Origin: Octopus vulgaris
Lineage: Eukaryota
NCBI GenBank assembly: GCA_951406725.2
Contig: OX597833.1
Coordinates: forward strand, 53,072,001 to 53,136,000
Length of the DNA: 64,000 nucleotides
Reading direction: 5' to 3'
The translations under genes were made by a program, and so were the position numbers. Below, in pieces: positions 39,779 through 53,418 of this stretch. Numbering within the stretch: position 1 is the first letter of the stretch; the number at the start of each line of letters is the position of its first letter. Under the pieces are notes generated by a model, which was given only the letters and a program-made list of their open reading frames with translations, ran no database searches and was not told the DNA's origin.

Positions 39779-40012
39779 TACCGCGGTCTTTTCCGTAGGC
39801 TTTTCTTTCCACGGATAAACCTAATCTTGTTTCTTACTTTTTAAAAACTTCTTCTGTGATACACGATCCCTTCTGATTGCTTTTTGTTTTTCGATCCCTT
39901 CTGATCGGAATTTGTTCCCTTTTTTTTCCTTTTTCTTTTTCATTTTCGAAAAGAAAAGCTCTACATTTGTATTTGTCCCCTCTGTGTTCAGCCCTGTTTG
40001 GCCAATAAAGGA
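39779..40012 (+). mobile_element. Probable LINE 3'UTR fragment (second copy 44771-45030) sharing its tail with SINE A
   Basis: Two dispersed copies ending TTTGTCCCCTCTGTGTTCAGC...GGCCAATAAAG next to (CTAT)n. Confidence 0.65.
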
Positions 40013-40022
40013 AGTTATACAA

Positions 40023-40112
<90 letters not shown>

Positions 40113-40512
40113 GTTTGTCTGTCTGTCTGTCTAATATCATTAACGAATGTGTGAGAACGATAAAGCATTTATCGCAGTAGGACTGAACCCGGAACCATGT
40201 GGTTGTTTAGCAAGCTACTTACCACACAGCCACTCCTGCGCCTATATATATATATTTTTTTTTTTTTTAATTTTCCATATATTTCTAGTGAATCGAGTCT
40301 TTAATTTTCCTGTAAAATAAAGAATTTTGTGACTAATGCAAACCTAAACATAGATAATAGAAGCACACCCTGTATTAATTTGTTCGTACTTTAACGATAC
40401 ATTATTCCCTGTATAAACAGGATGATTTTTCTTACACTCTAGCTATATGTTACCGTCACATATTTGTTTGGTTTTTCGGCGTTCTCTTGTCTTGCTCTCC
40501 ATTGCAGATTTA

Positions 40513-40904
40513 TCTATATATATAAAACTGTAGTTGTGTGAGTGTCTGTCCCCTTCGATTTAGATTCCTAACTGCTCCCACATTTTGCGATGCAGTTTAA
40601 CCAAAACAGGGTATCTTATAGTCGTGATTCATATCGAGCCCTTCTGGGTATTAGCGCGCGTCTACGATGAGTCTACGATTTTAAAAATAATTTACCATAA
40701 TTTTTTTCCATTTTCATGCATATTTTTTTAAAGGAAGTAACTCTCTAAAAATGTCTACGATGAGTCAACGATTTTCAAAAAAATTTATCATCATATTTTT
40801 TCCATTTTTAATGCATTTTTTGCTATTTTTTGGCTATAACTCTCTAAAAATGCTGTATAGTTATTTCCCTTACAGACCCGAGCAACGCCGGGCGATACTG
40901 CTAG
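40513..40904 (+). mobile_element. Non-autonomous Helitron (family 3)
   Basis: A|TC start, CCCGAGCAACGCCGGG hairpin, CTAG|T end. Confidence 0.88.
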
Positions 40905-41343
40905 TTACTTCTAAACGTCGAAGCATTTCGTTGCACGCTACTCTCTACATACTCTCTCTAGATAATCTCTCCCTGTCTCTCACGCTGAAATATCCCATGA
41001 TTGCATTGTTTACTGTATGAAGTAAACAACGTGCAGATTACGGAATAATTTCAGTTTAGTCACTCTATAAGTAACATGTAAAGTCATCTTACACTGTAAT
41101 ATATCCGGCTGAGTTTGAAGTGGCACCAACTTGGGTCAACTTGACATAGGACACTTTAAACTATAATCGTTGCTAAAGTTTCAAATAAATGGGGACAGTG
41201 CTTATTTAAATGTAAAGGAATTAGATTCACAAAGATAATATCTGGAACTATTAGAGGCCTGCATGATTTTAAAAGCATTGGGCTCCGACTTTTACTTTAG
41301 ACTCTATCGGTGTCGAGATATCAATATCAATCAATACACCGAG

Positions 41344-41382
<39 letters not shown>

Positions 41383-41467
41383 TTGTATATATGCACACAT
41401 ACATGTATGTATCTTGTATATATGCACACATACAGACATGCAAGAAGTAAACAGACACCTTTAATTT

Positions 41468-41790
41468 TCAAAACCTTTTATTGGATATTAATTTGTTGAA
41501 GGAGAGGTTTTCTTCTAGCTGCTCGTCCATAAAACCCAAGCTTCTTGGACTAACTTCTAGCTGTTTTACAATGTAAGAAGCCTTCGAACGGAGTTCGTTT
41601 TCCACAATTCTCTTCAAACAGTGAAACTTCCTTTCCGAGGATCCAGATCGGCCGGGACGAGAATCTGTTGATTCTTTTGCTTGGCATTTGAACTGCACTA
41701 TAATTCTATTAACAGTAGCAAGAGGAATTTGAAGATTTTTCGGCAATTTTTAGCTGGTTAAGACCAGCCTCAGATTGTCCAACAATACAA
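41468..41790 (-). pseudogene. Tc1-like transposase N-terminal (HTH) remnant
   Basis: KNLQIPLATVNRIIVQFK...SRPGR...LKRIV...LGF pattern. Confidence 0.7.
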
Positions 41791-42404
41791 CCTCTTTGAA
41801 AATCTGACAGTTGTGCTAAATTTTTTATGCGTGCAATGGTTACTCTTCGCAAATGTTTAATATAATGGCACCTGGAATGAAAAAGAATAATTACATTGTA
41901 AATTGTATACCGTTAAAAACATATTAAGACGCTTAGATCAGAAATTTTGAGAATTAAAGGTGTCTATTTACTTCCTGCATGTCTGTATATATGTATATAT
42001 GCGTTTCGATATAGAGGAGAGAACGAGTACTCAATACATATTTGAAGTGTTTATATATGTGTGTGGTGTAAACAGAGTTGGCAGTTATAATAACCGACTA
42101 AGAGATAAAATATCCGTATATACTATCGGTATCCGTCACCCGTGTCATCTCTGGGTATTGGTGTGCAGGCAAACTATGCACGTAGGGTACAGGTAACAAC
42201 AGAATAAACAAGAGTTTATCGGGAAACAAATACAATGATGAGAAAATGGAGAAAACCTCAGATCAAAAAACAGATCGATTGGAACACATTTATAGCTTAT
42301 TTTTTAATACAAAACATGACAATACATATAGGTGGTGTCACCTATATGTATTGACATATTTTGTATTAAAATATCGAGGTTCTATCGCGTATGGCTAGAA
42401 ATAC

Positions 42405-42407
42405 ACG

Positions 42408-42453
<46 letters not shown>

Positions 42454-43459
42454 AACACACACACACACACACACACATACAAGCACACAAGCATACACTA
42501 CACACACATACACGCATACACACGTACGCACACACACACACACACACAACTATACTATATACACATACACACACGCGCACGCACAAGCATACACTACACA
42601 CACACTACACACACACATACACGCATGCACACACTCACGCACGCACTGCACACACATTACACAGACACACGCATACACACACGAACACGCACACACCTGC
42701 ACGCACACATACACACGTACATACACACTACACACACTACACACGCATGCATACTACACGCACACAAGCTACACACACTAAACACACACACTAGACAGGT
42801 ATAAACATATACACGCGCAGGCACACACACACACAAGCACACACGCAAACACACACAAGCATTCTATATGTACATACACACACGCGCATGCACAAGCATA
42901 CACTACACATGCTACGCACACACATATACGCATGCACACACTCACGCACGTACTACACACACACATGTATACACTACACGTACACACACGCGCGCACACG
43001 CACACACCTGTACGCGCACATACACACGCACACACACTACACACACACACACAAGCATACACTACACACACACTACACAGGCATAAACGCATACACGCAC
43101 ACACACTACACAGGCATAAACGCATACACGCACACACACTACACAGGCATAAACGCATACACGCACACACACACACACACAGGCATACACTACACGCACA
43201 CTACGCACACATACACGCATGCACACATTCACGCACACACAACACATACACACAAGCATACACTTCACACACACACACTTCACAGACATACACGCACACA
43301 CCTAGACGCCCGCATTCTAACGTACACAAACACGCATGTATACTACACGCACATACACACTATACACACACACAAGCGTACACTACACACACACATGCAC
43401 GCACACATACACACGTACGTACACACACTACACACACGCACACACACACACACACATGT

Positions 43460-43500
<41 letters not shown>

Positions 43501-43520
43501 AACACTCAACTCACACATGC
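42405..43520. repeat. Degenerate (CA)n minisatellite with ~30-bp subrepeats
   Basis: CACTACACAGGCATAAACGCATACACGCACA x3 at ~43071-43170. Confidence 0.9.
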
Positions 43521-43951
43521 ATAAACCTGGAAACATAAACGATAGAACAAGGTTCTCCAACAAATTTAAAACATGGTTTCTTACATCTGCGGGGTTCCGT
43601 CACAGACTCACCCCTGAAGGGCAGAGGTCAGTTGTCATATATAAATAATATTATGCATCAAAGCAGACCGTGTACCTAAGGTTTTAACTATGGAAAACAA
43701 GAAAATGACATCACTGTAAGTATATATACATTTATATTTTGTCAATGTATATAAATTTTTTGCTTGTTACAATCATTAGCCTGCGGTCATGCTGGGGCAC
43801 CTCCTTGAACGGTTTTAGTCAAACGAACCGACCCCAGAAGTTATTCTTGATTTTTTAAGCCTTGTATATATTCTACCGGTACCTTTCACCGAAACGCCAC
43901 CTTAAAGGGACGTAAACAAATCAACAATGGTTGTCAAGCTTTGGTGGGGTC

Positions 43952-44228
43952 AATACCACCATGACTGATATCCAATCTACAGTGGAGAAGGCTAGCCACT
44001 GGATTTGGTTAAAAAGAGACGATGAGCGATGGCTAGAAGTATATTGAGTTCATCATAACCAGCTGATCTAGCAAGCGGGGCCTCATATCAGTGAGGGGGC
44101 CGGTGCGCATTGATGCCGTCGAGAGGTAGGCCCCGAAACGGCGCGCATTCTCTCCTGATGACCCCATACACTTGCTAGCTTCCGATATACGGAGCTTTTA
44201 ACTGGTAGCACTTGCATGTGCAAGTTGT
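43952..44228 (+). other. Structured non-coding insert inside a SINE B, with permuted hammerhead-like strands
   Basis: Several hairpins; GCCGTC|GAGAG, GAAACGGC and CTCTC-CTGATGA at 44115-44161; SINE B halves on both sides. Confidence 0.5.
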
Positions 44229-44471
44229 TTGCAAGATAGATACAAACACAGACACATACACACACACACACAGACACATACACACACACACATACACAAT
44301 CACACGTGTAAACGACGGGCTTCTTTTCAGTTTCTTTTATCCAAATCTACTCCTAGTATTTGGTCGGGCTGGAGCTATAGCAGAAGACACTTGTCCAATG
44401 TACCACGCAGCAGGACTGAACCCGGAATTATGTGGTTGGGAAGTTAACTTCTAAGCATATAGCCGTGTCTG

Positions 44472-44536
<65 letters not shown>

Positions 44537-45028
44537 GCTAGCTAGCTAGCTAGCTAGCTAGTATCACTTGAAAAGGAAGGTGAGAGCAGAGAGGAAAGTT
44601 TTATCTAGTGAATGTTTCAAAAAAAGATGGGTGAATGTAGCAAGAATGGCACGTGTGAATGAGGGAACCAGCTTGAGCATAATCTTATGAACAAAAAAAA
44701 CCCAAGGGAAAAAAGAGAGCCACTTACTGTAATATGTTTTCTTTTTGCATGACACTATTGCCCAAGATTCCCGTGGTCTTTTACGTAGGCTTTTCTATCC
44801 ACGGATAAACCTAATCTGTTTTCCCTTTTTACATTGACATTTCTGTGATACACGATCCCTGTTGATCGTCCCCACCTTTTTTCTTTTGTTTTTCACGATC
44901 CCTGATCAGAATTCGATCCACTTTTTCTCCTTTTTTTATTTTTTATTTTTTCCTTTTCTTCCCCAAAAGAAAAGTTCTACTTTGTATTTTGTCCCCTCTG
45001 TGTTCAGCTCTGCGTGGCCAATAAAGAA

Positions 45029-45102
<74 letters not shown>

Positions 45103-45129
45103 ATAAAAACTAACATTGGTAACAGATTC

Positions 45130-45750
45130 CTGTCTCTCCTAGACAAACATTTTCCTACAACTGATAGATACAGGAAAATATTTAATAGGCGTTCTGTGAA
45201 ATTATCATGTATCTGCTTCCCCAATACGAAAAATACCATTACACGTGCTCAATACCAAGAGCCTAAATCCAGTTGCAACTGTCATGCCCCAGGATCCTGT
45301 CCACTTGACCACTTCAAATATGAAGCAGAAGTTAGTGAAACTCTAAATAATAATACAATTGACAGGAAGACATATATTGGATTACATGAAAGTGAATTTA
45401 AAAATTGCTATGACAATCACATACCCTCCTTTCGACATAGGGGCAAAAGTATAGGTACTAATTTGGCTAGCTACGTATGGTTTATGAAAGATAACGAAAC
45501 ACTACATCTGATTAAATGGAAAGTAACTGAGAAATCCATACCTTAAGCGAATGGATCGAATAAATGTAGGCTTTGTTTAGCTGAAAGATCTAAGATCCCT
45601 AACTCTCTATTGAACTCCAGGTCAGAAATTTTCACTAGCTGCATGCATATGTATAAATATATTCTGAAGAATTGGAAAATTCCACCTATTCCTGACTAAA
45701 TTGATATCTTTTCAGCCTTGTCATTTAAGGTCTGAAGAGGATAGCCCTTT
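45130..45750 (+). pseudogene. Penelope-like element GIY-YIG endonuclease remnant (type 1)
   Basis: CNC..CPL, KYEAEV, TYIGL..FK..Y.NH..SFRH, LASYVW, IKWKV, *ANGSNKCRLCLAE, LLNSRSEI. Confidence 0.85.
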
Positions 45751-46200
45751 TACTTTTTTACTTTTTATTTTTGATATTTTGGTTTTTGTGTTTACGTTTT
45801 CCGTTTTGTTAAGTTCAAATTCCGCTAAAAGTTAACTTTGCCTTTCATCCATGTGGGGGCGTTAAAATATGTACAAGTAGCTTATTGGGGGTAAAAGATA
45901 ATGACTTACACCTCCTTTAAAATGTAGCTATCCTTGTGCCCGAAACTGAAAACCATTTTGGTGAGATTTGTGGGATATTAAGCTGCTATTTCTAGCTGGT
46001 CGGGCGTCGTCCCGTTGTTTGCGTGTTTATCTCCTATCTATATATCTTTGTTTATATATATTCAGTAAAATTTATCTACCCGTGTCTTTGTTTGCTCGTT
46101 TCTATCTATCATTCATAATTTCCATGTTTATTAAACTTCTAAATTGTGTAATTTATGCTGAAGTGTACACAACATGGCAGTGTGGAGAGAGAGAGAGAGA

Positions 46201-46258
<58 letters not shown>

Positions 46259-46384
46259 AACTCTGTGGACCACCCAAGAAAAAATAGAACCATTATCCTC
46301 TAATCAGCAAACCTACAGAACACCCACAATCCTCTGTACTTCTTTCCTTGTAGGAAAGACACACGCGCAAATACAAACAAAATT

Positions 46385-46445
<61 letters not shown>

Positions 46446-46466
46446 GTGTATGTATATGTAAGCATG

Positions 46467-46509
<43 letters not shown>

Positions 46510-46796
46510 GCTTACATGCATATGCACATATGCATATAGATACATACATATACGTTCAGACATGCGATCAAATATATATATATATATATATATATACGAG
46601 TGTATACATGCCTACATACATACGATACATATTTGCATGCGTATATTATTATATGCTTCTGCGTGTCTGCATATATATATACACATATACCTATGCACAT
46701 AAACACACACACACACATACACACACACACATGTCAGAGGATGGATGTACAGCGTGCAAATTACGATAAGTTATTTCAACGATCTACATAGTTTTA

Positions 46797-46977
46797 ATTG
46801 TTGTTGTTTTTGTTGTTGTAATTATCCTCCTCCTCTTCATCATCATTATCATCATCATCGTTATCATCATCATAATAATTTTTATTACAATTACTATCAT
46901 TATTATTATTATTATTTCTATTACTATTATTATTATTATTATTATTATTATTATCATTATTATTATTATTATTATTA

Positions 46978-47036
<59 letters not shown>

Positions 47037-47095
47037 TCTATTACTATTATTATTATTATTATTATTATTATTATCATTATTATTATTATTATTAA

Positions 47096-47165
<70 letters not shown>

Positions 47166-47185
47166 GCAGTTGCTGTTATTGTTGC
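46797..47185. repeat. (TAT)n/(CAT)n trinucleotide tract
   Basis: Read directly. Confidence 0.95.
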
Positions 47186-47284
47186 AATGTTCACCCTGGA
47201 GACACACGAGCCACCTCCGAAAGTACATTTCATCACTGAGCCACGTCAGTGTTTATTTATAAACGTGCCACTCGTAAAGCTCTC

Positions 47285-47355
<71 letters not shown>

Positions 47356-47489
47356 TTGCGTAGGTCGCGCGTGTGCATGTGTGTATGCATGTATGTATAC
47401 CTCTGAGTTTCTTTTTAGAATTTCTTAACAATAAGGGAAGACCTGGGTTCCAATCCAGAAAGGCATTTACGCATCAATTGAGTGGTTGT

Positions 47490-47760
47490 GGAGGCGCGTG
47501 GCTTAGTGGTTAGGGCGTTGGACTCATGACTGCAACATAGTGGTATCGATTCATGAACCGAGTGACGCGTTGTGTTCTTGAGCAAAACACTTCATTTCAC
47601 TTCAAAACACGTCAATGATCTAGCCCACTCAGCTAGCAAAATTGAGTAATCCTACGATGGACTGCCGTCCCGTCCTGGTGGGGAATATATACGCCATAAA
47701 AAAAAAGGGAAATCGGCCCTTATGAACCGACATGACTCGTGAAGGTAGCCTTACCTCTAC
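47490..47760 (+). mobile_element. SINE family D head with V-domain-like tail
   Basis: CCTACGATGGACTGCCGTCCCGTCC shared with 56800-56900 (-). Confidence 0.7.
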
Positions 47761-48147
47761 ATTTTACTTAAGTAGTTGTGTTTGTATGTATGTATGTATA
47801 TATGTATGTCTGTATGTATGTATGTACGTACGATTGTAGGTATGTATATATGTATGTATTCCTTATTCTTTTACTTGTTTCAGTCATTTGACTGCGGCCA
47901 TGCTGGAGCACCGCCTTTTAGTCGAACAAATCGACCCCAGGACTTCAAATTCCGCTGAGGTCGACTTCGTCTTTCATCCTTTCAGGGTCGATAAAATAAG
48001 TACCAGTTGATCACTGGGGCCTATATAATCGATTTACTTCCTCCTCCGGAATTGCTGGCCTTGTACCAACTGTTGAAACCAACATTAACAACGAACTTAT
48101 CTCATAAAGATTCGTATTTGTAAAAAAGTCACAATTTTGCCAATATA

Positions 48148-48545
48148 TCTTTATATATAAAAGTGAAGTTGTGTGTCTGTCTCCTACGATTTAGATTCCT
48201 AACTACTCCCACATTTTGCGGTGCAGTTTAACCAAAACCCGGTATCTTATAATCGTGATTCATATCGAGCCCTTCTGGGTATTAGCGCGCGTCTACGATG
48301 AGTCTACGATTTAAAAAAAAAATTTACCATAATTTTTTATTCCATTTTAATGCATTTTTCGCTATTATATAAGGGAAGTAACTCTCTAAAAATGTCTACG
48401 ATGAGTCAACGATTTAAAAAAAATTTACCATAATTTTTTTTCCATTTTTAATGCATTTTTTTGCTATTTTTTGGCTATAACTCTCTAAAAATGCTTTATA
48501 GTTATTTCCCTTACAAACCCGAGCAACGCCGGGCGATACTGCTAG
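48148..48545 (+). mobile_element. Non-autonomous Helitron (family 3)
   Basis: Same termini and body as 40513-40904. Confidence 0.9.
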
Positions 48546-48946
48546 TTTTCTATAAAAATACATGACAGCGTTTCACTATGACTAATTCGTTTTTTTTTTT
48601 CTCTTCTGCCTGAGGTTCTTTAATCTTCGTCCATTTTCTTTCCCCATGTTCAGAACACAAAGTCTTATTAATCCGAGGAATCAATCAACCATTCTCTTCA
48701 GCTTCCATTCGAAGACACAAAGTATATGAAATCCGTTATAGTAATTCGTTGGTAGCCACTACAGCCATGTATCATTCCTTCTTCCTCGTGGATGTGTCAG
48801 GGTTGAACCCTCAACCAAATCAATCAATCAATGCGCGCGCGTGTGTGCACAACGTTCAGGTATTTGATGATATATTTGGTAATTTGATCCTCTTTTTGCT
48901 TCTTTTCTTCTTCTTATTGTTATTATCATCATCATCATCATCATCG

Positions 48947-49050
<104 letters not shown>

Positions 49051-49706
49051 GTAGTAGTATTTTTATTATTATTATTATTATTATTATCCTTCTCCTTATC
49101 TTTCTTCCTCTTCTTCTTCTTCTTCTTTTTCTTCTTCTTCTTTTTCTTCTTCTTCTTCTTCTTCTTCATTCCGTTACGTCCTCTTTGTCGTCGTTTTTGT
49201 CGTTATTTAGTCCCAAGTAGCACACCAACAGTCCCCCAACCACGGACAATCAATCACACACACACACACAGAGCACATCACACACACTCACACACAAAGC
49301 ACATCACACATACACAGACACTCAAAAACAGTCATCCAGCCCTACACAAACACATGCACACATCCATGCACGTACAAAGAGGGAGCCTCTTCATAGTTGT
49401 TCGACCTGCTAGAAATAGCAGCCAATTCTTCAAAGCACAATTTATCATGAATGTTTTGATAACATAGTCCTAGATCGTTATGGGCGTGCTTAGTCTTTTG
49501 CGGCTGATCCACACAAAAGCCTCATTGAATGATATAGCAATAATACCCACTGATTCCTATACAATAGTGGTAATCAACATAAATTTGCTGCATCACGATG
49601 TAAATATGCATGTCTCTATGAAACACAGGACAGACACAGACACACTTATATGCATCTGCATGTATATGTATGAGTTCATAACACACACATACATACACAC
49701 ACACAT

Positions 49707-49748
<42 letters not shown>

Positions 49749-49827
49749 GCATATGTATCTGTATGAATATGCATGAGCCTATAACATATATATAAACCCC
49801 CGCGCGTGTGTGTGTGTGTGTGTGGAA

Positions 49828-50220
49828 TTCAAATTTACAGAAAACAAAAGCCGAAGACAGGTGAGAGAACAACAAGCAGGTGTATTAGTTTGACGCTCAG
49901 GGAAGAATAGAAGTCTTTGACATTTCGAGCCTATGCTCATCAGCAGAAAGGATTGAAAGAGAAAAAAATGGGGAGAGAAATGGAGAGATAAACATGTGTG
50001 AGGATTAACGGTTAAAGCATGATAAAAATATTAATCCCTACTCATTTTTTCTCTCCCCGTTTTTTTTTTCTTCGATCACACTCTTTCGTCTCAATCCTTT
50101 CTGTCGAAGAGCATAGACTCGAAACGTCAAAGACATTTCCATTCTTCCTGCGTGTCAAACTAATACACCTGCTTGTTGTTCCTTCACCTGTCTTCGTATT
50201 TTGTTTTCTGTAAATTTGAA
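49828..50220. mobile_element. Inverted pair of Penelope-type pLTR fragments, each with a decayed minimal hammerhead
   Basis: Arms ~49828-49980 and ~50046-50220; motifs at 49915-49950 (-) and 50097-50132 (+). Confidence 0.75.
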
Positions 50221-51079
50221 ATACATATTACATAATACATATTACATATCACGTGGTCGACCCTCTTTGATCCTGCCTGTCTGAACTTACTCCTCTCTTG
50301 GACTCTCCTCACTCCTACTTTCTTCTCGAACTTTCGGTCCTAACCATCCCTCCACCCAGATTACCACTGGAATACTCTACCACTATGGATCTTACTGGCT
50401 ACTTTCGTATATACATATACATGTATAATATGGGGGGGGGCTAATTCGCAATTTTACAACCTAAAAGCAGAAATATATACGTCACTAAAGTGAACAAGGC
50501 CACTAATCAGCATCAGTATTGCTAGAAATAAGAGTCAAAACAACTCAATAACCAGAAAAATCACTATCTTAATGAACTGACAAGGAAGACAAGCCACTTA
50601 CGGTCCGACAGCTGGAGATGCGCGAACTAAGGTGCGCAAGCGTGTGTATGTATGTGGGAATGGTGTCTGTGTGTGTGTGTTGTGTGTAGCAGTTGATATG
50701 TGCTTGTTCAGGTGGTGTGTGCACATGTGCATGTGTGTGCATGTATGTGTGTGTGTGTGTGTGCGTGTCGGTGGCCAAATAGTGTGCATATATATAATGT
50801 ATGTTTATGGGCGAAAGTTACCTTTGTCTATGCGTGCTGCGTGTGTTTATCTGTGTTTCGTGTGGTTATGCGTGTTGAGAGTGTGTGTGGAGTGGGAAGT
50901 TGTTGTGGGTGTGTTTGTAATGGTGTGTGAAGTGAGTGATGAGTTGAACAGTGTGTATGGATGTTTGTATAGTGGTGTGTGTGTGGTGAGGGTACCGAAG
51001 TATGCGGTATGCAGGTGTGTAGGATGGAGGGTCAGTTGAATGTGGGAGGTGTGTAGGAATCTGTTTGAGGTTGGTGTCC

Positions 51080-51617
51080 GATAAAGAGAGGAAGTGAGTT
51101 GAGCCCATATGGCGCAAAGGAATAAAGAGAGAAGATTAATTCTTGTTCACGGCGAAGACGGACTCTGAGTGGCCCCTGTGCAGAGCCAATCAGAACATAG
51201 ACAAATGTCTGATGTCTCCGAGGTGAAATGTGAACCGGTCAGCCAAGCGGCGTCCCATTTGACCAATGTACAGAGAGTATGACATGTAATAAATAACATT
51301 ACTAGAGGTGCAGGTAAAGGAGTAAGTGATATGATAGGGATGGTGATGAGTGCCAGTGAGGATGGTGGTGTTGGAGAAGTACGGGCAAGTGCAGAAGCAT
51401 GGGCGGGTGCAGGGGTAGGAGACAGTCTGAGAGACGGGAATAGGGAAGAAACTGTGGACAAGGAAGTCATACAAGTTATGGTCTCGTTTGAAGAATGAAA
51501 GGAGTGGGTTAGGGAAGATGTACGAGGTGGAAGGGTCGGACTAGAGTTGCTGGACTGCTTGGAAAATGGTGTGTTCGAGGGGGTGGTAGGTGAGGGAAAA
51601 CGGGAGACGGGTAAGGG

Positions 51618-51620
<3 letters not shown>
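51080..51620 (-). pseudogene. Penelope-like element GIY-YIG endonuclease remnant (type 2, Neptune-like)
   Basis: [11 protein letters not shown]...[19 protein letters not shown] and [21 protein letters not shown]. Confidence 0.88.
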
Positions 51621-51659
<39 letters not shown>

Positions 51660-51727
51660 TATAACATACATATACATATGCACACATATATACGTACATA
51701 TATATATATATATATATATATAGATAT

Positions 51728-51802
<75 letters not shown>

Positions 51803-51867
51803 CTCAAAGAATATATATATATCCACATACATTTGTATGCATGAATGTATGCAGATACACATGCACC

Positions 51868-51904
<37 letters not shown>

Positions 51905-51935
51905 GACATACATACATATGCATACTGTGCTTGTA

Positions 51936-52008
<73 letters not shown>

Positions 52009-52526
52009 ATTTGTGCAGTTATATATTGTTTCTGTATAGATTTCTTCGCCGACGGCATATCCACAGTTAGTTACATACAAGAGTGTCAGAGACGATCGGA
52101 CATATAAAGACTTGTACTGTTCCATTTTGCAACTGAGCAAAGTTTATTTTGAAACCATTTAATTCTACTTTGGCTGTTTTGTTCTTATTAATAACCTCTC
52201 TCCACCCTTTCAACTCCCCGTATCGTCTTCCTTCTCAGACTACGAACCACCCAGGTCGATGTAAGTAGACTCCATTAGCACACGAACGCACAACACTTCT
52301 AATGAGAGAGAGCAGTGTATGTATGTGTTGCGTGTGTGTGTTTGGTTTTTACGAACATACACTAACACACACACACACACACACATACATAGAGGCTCAC
52401 TCACACACACACACATACAGACTAACTCACTCACTACACACGTACACTGATACGTCGACACTCACACACAGATTATGTAGAACTGTATAGATAAGTAGGT
52501 AGTTAAATTAGTATATATATATAGAG

Positions 52527-52613
<87 letters not shown>

Positions 52614-53008
52614 CAGATAAACAAACAGACTGACAGACAAATAGTTTGACAGATAGGCAGATGGATAGATATTCCTTTTTAATATTTTTGATCGGTAGAA
52701 AATAGACTCAAGGGGCCGAGAGTTTAGTCCGTAACATTTGATGTGTCATAACTTCTGCTGATTAAAACTCATAAAAATATATATATATAATTATATATAT
52801 ATATATAATATAATATAATATATTATACACACACACACACACACATACCTTTGCCCATATAATACAGTAAATGAATTGATTGCATCGCAATCCTTAACAT
52901 TTATGTATTAACTTTGTTGGGTACTTCACTAGCAGTATATTAGATATATGTTATCCCATGGAGGGTTGCATTTACAACCCCTATCTCAATTTGTATATAT
53001 ATATATAT

Positions 53009-53099
<91 letters not shown>

Positions 53100-53103
53100 T
53101 ACA

Positions 53104-53418
53104 TACAATTAATAAGAGAAATGACCACTAAAGTGGATTCCTAATATGCTAAAGGCAGACTTTAGCATACCTTCTTACCACGAGGAGTTGCAGATATTTG
53201 CATTTTGCATTTTGCATTATGCAAGTGTCAAGAATGAAATCATGATACGTAGATAATAGTTTTATTTTGTATATTTTCATTTCTCTTGCTCATTTTTACA
53301 TTCTGGCGTTTTTGCTGAGATTTTTCTTGAGAACACACTCTTCGTGGTAAGGCAATTTGACGTCTATCTTTAGCATATTAGGAATCCACTTTAGTGGTAA
53401 TTCCTCTTATTAACTGTA
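53104..53418. repeat. Inverted repeat element adjoining (TA)n
   Basis: 53104-53160 vs 53362-53418; 31-bp perfect core ACCACTAAAGTGGATTCCTAATATGCTAAAG. Confidence 0.8.
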
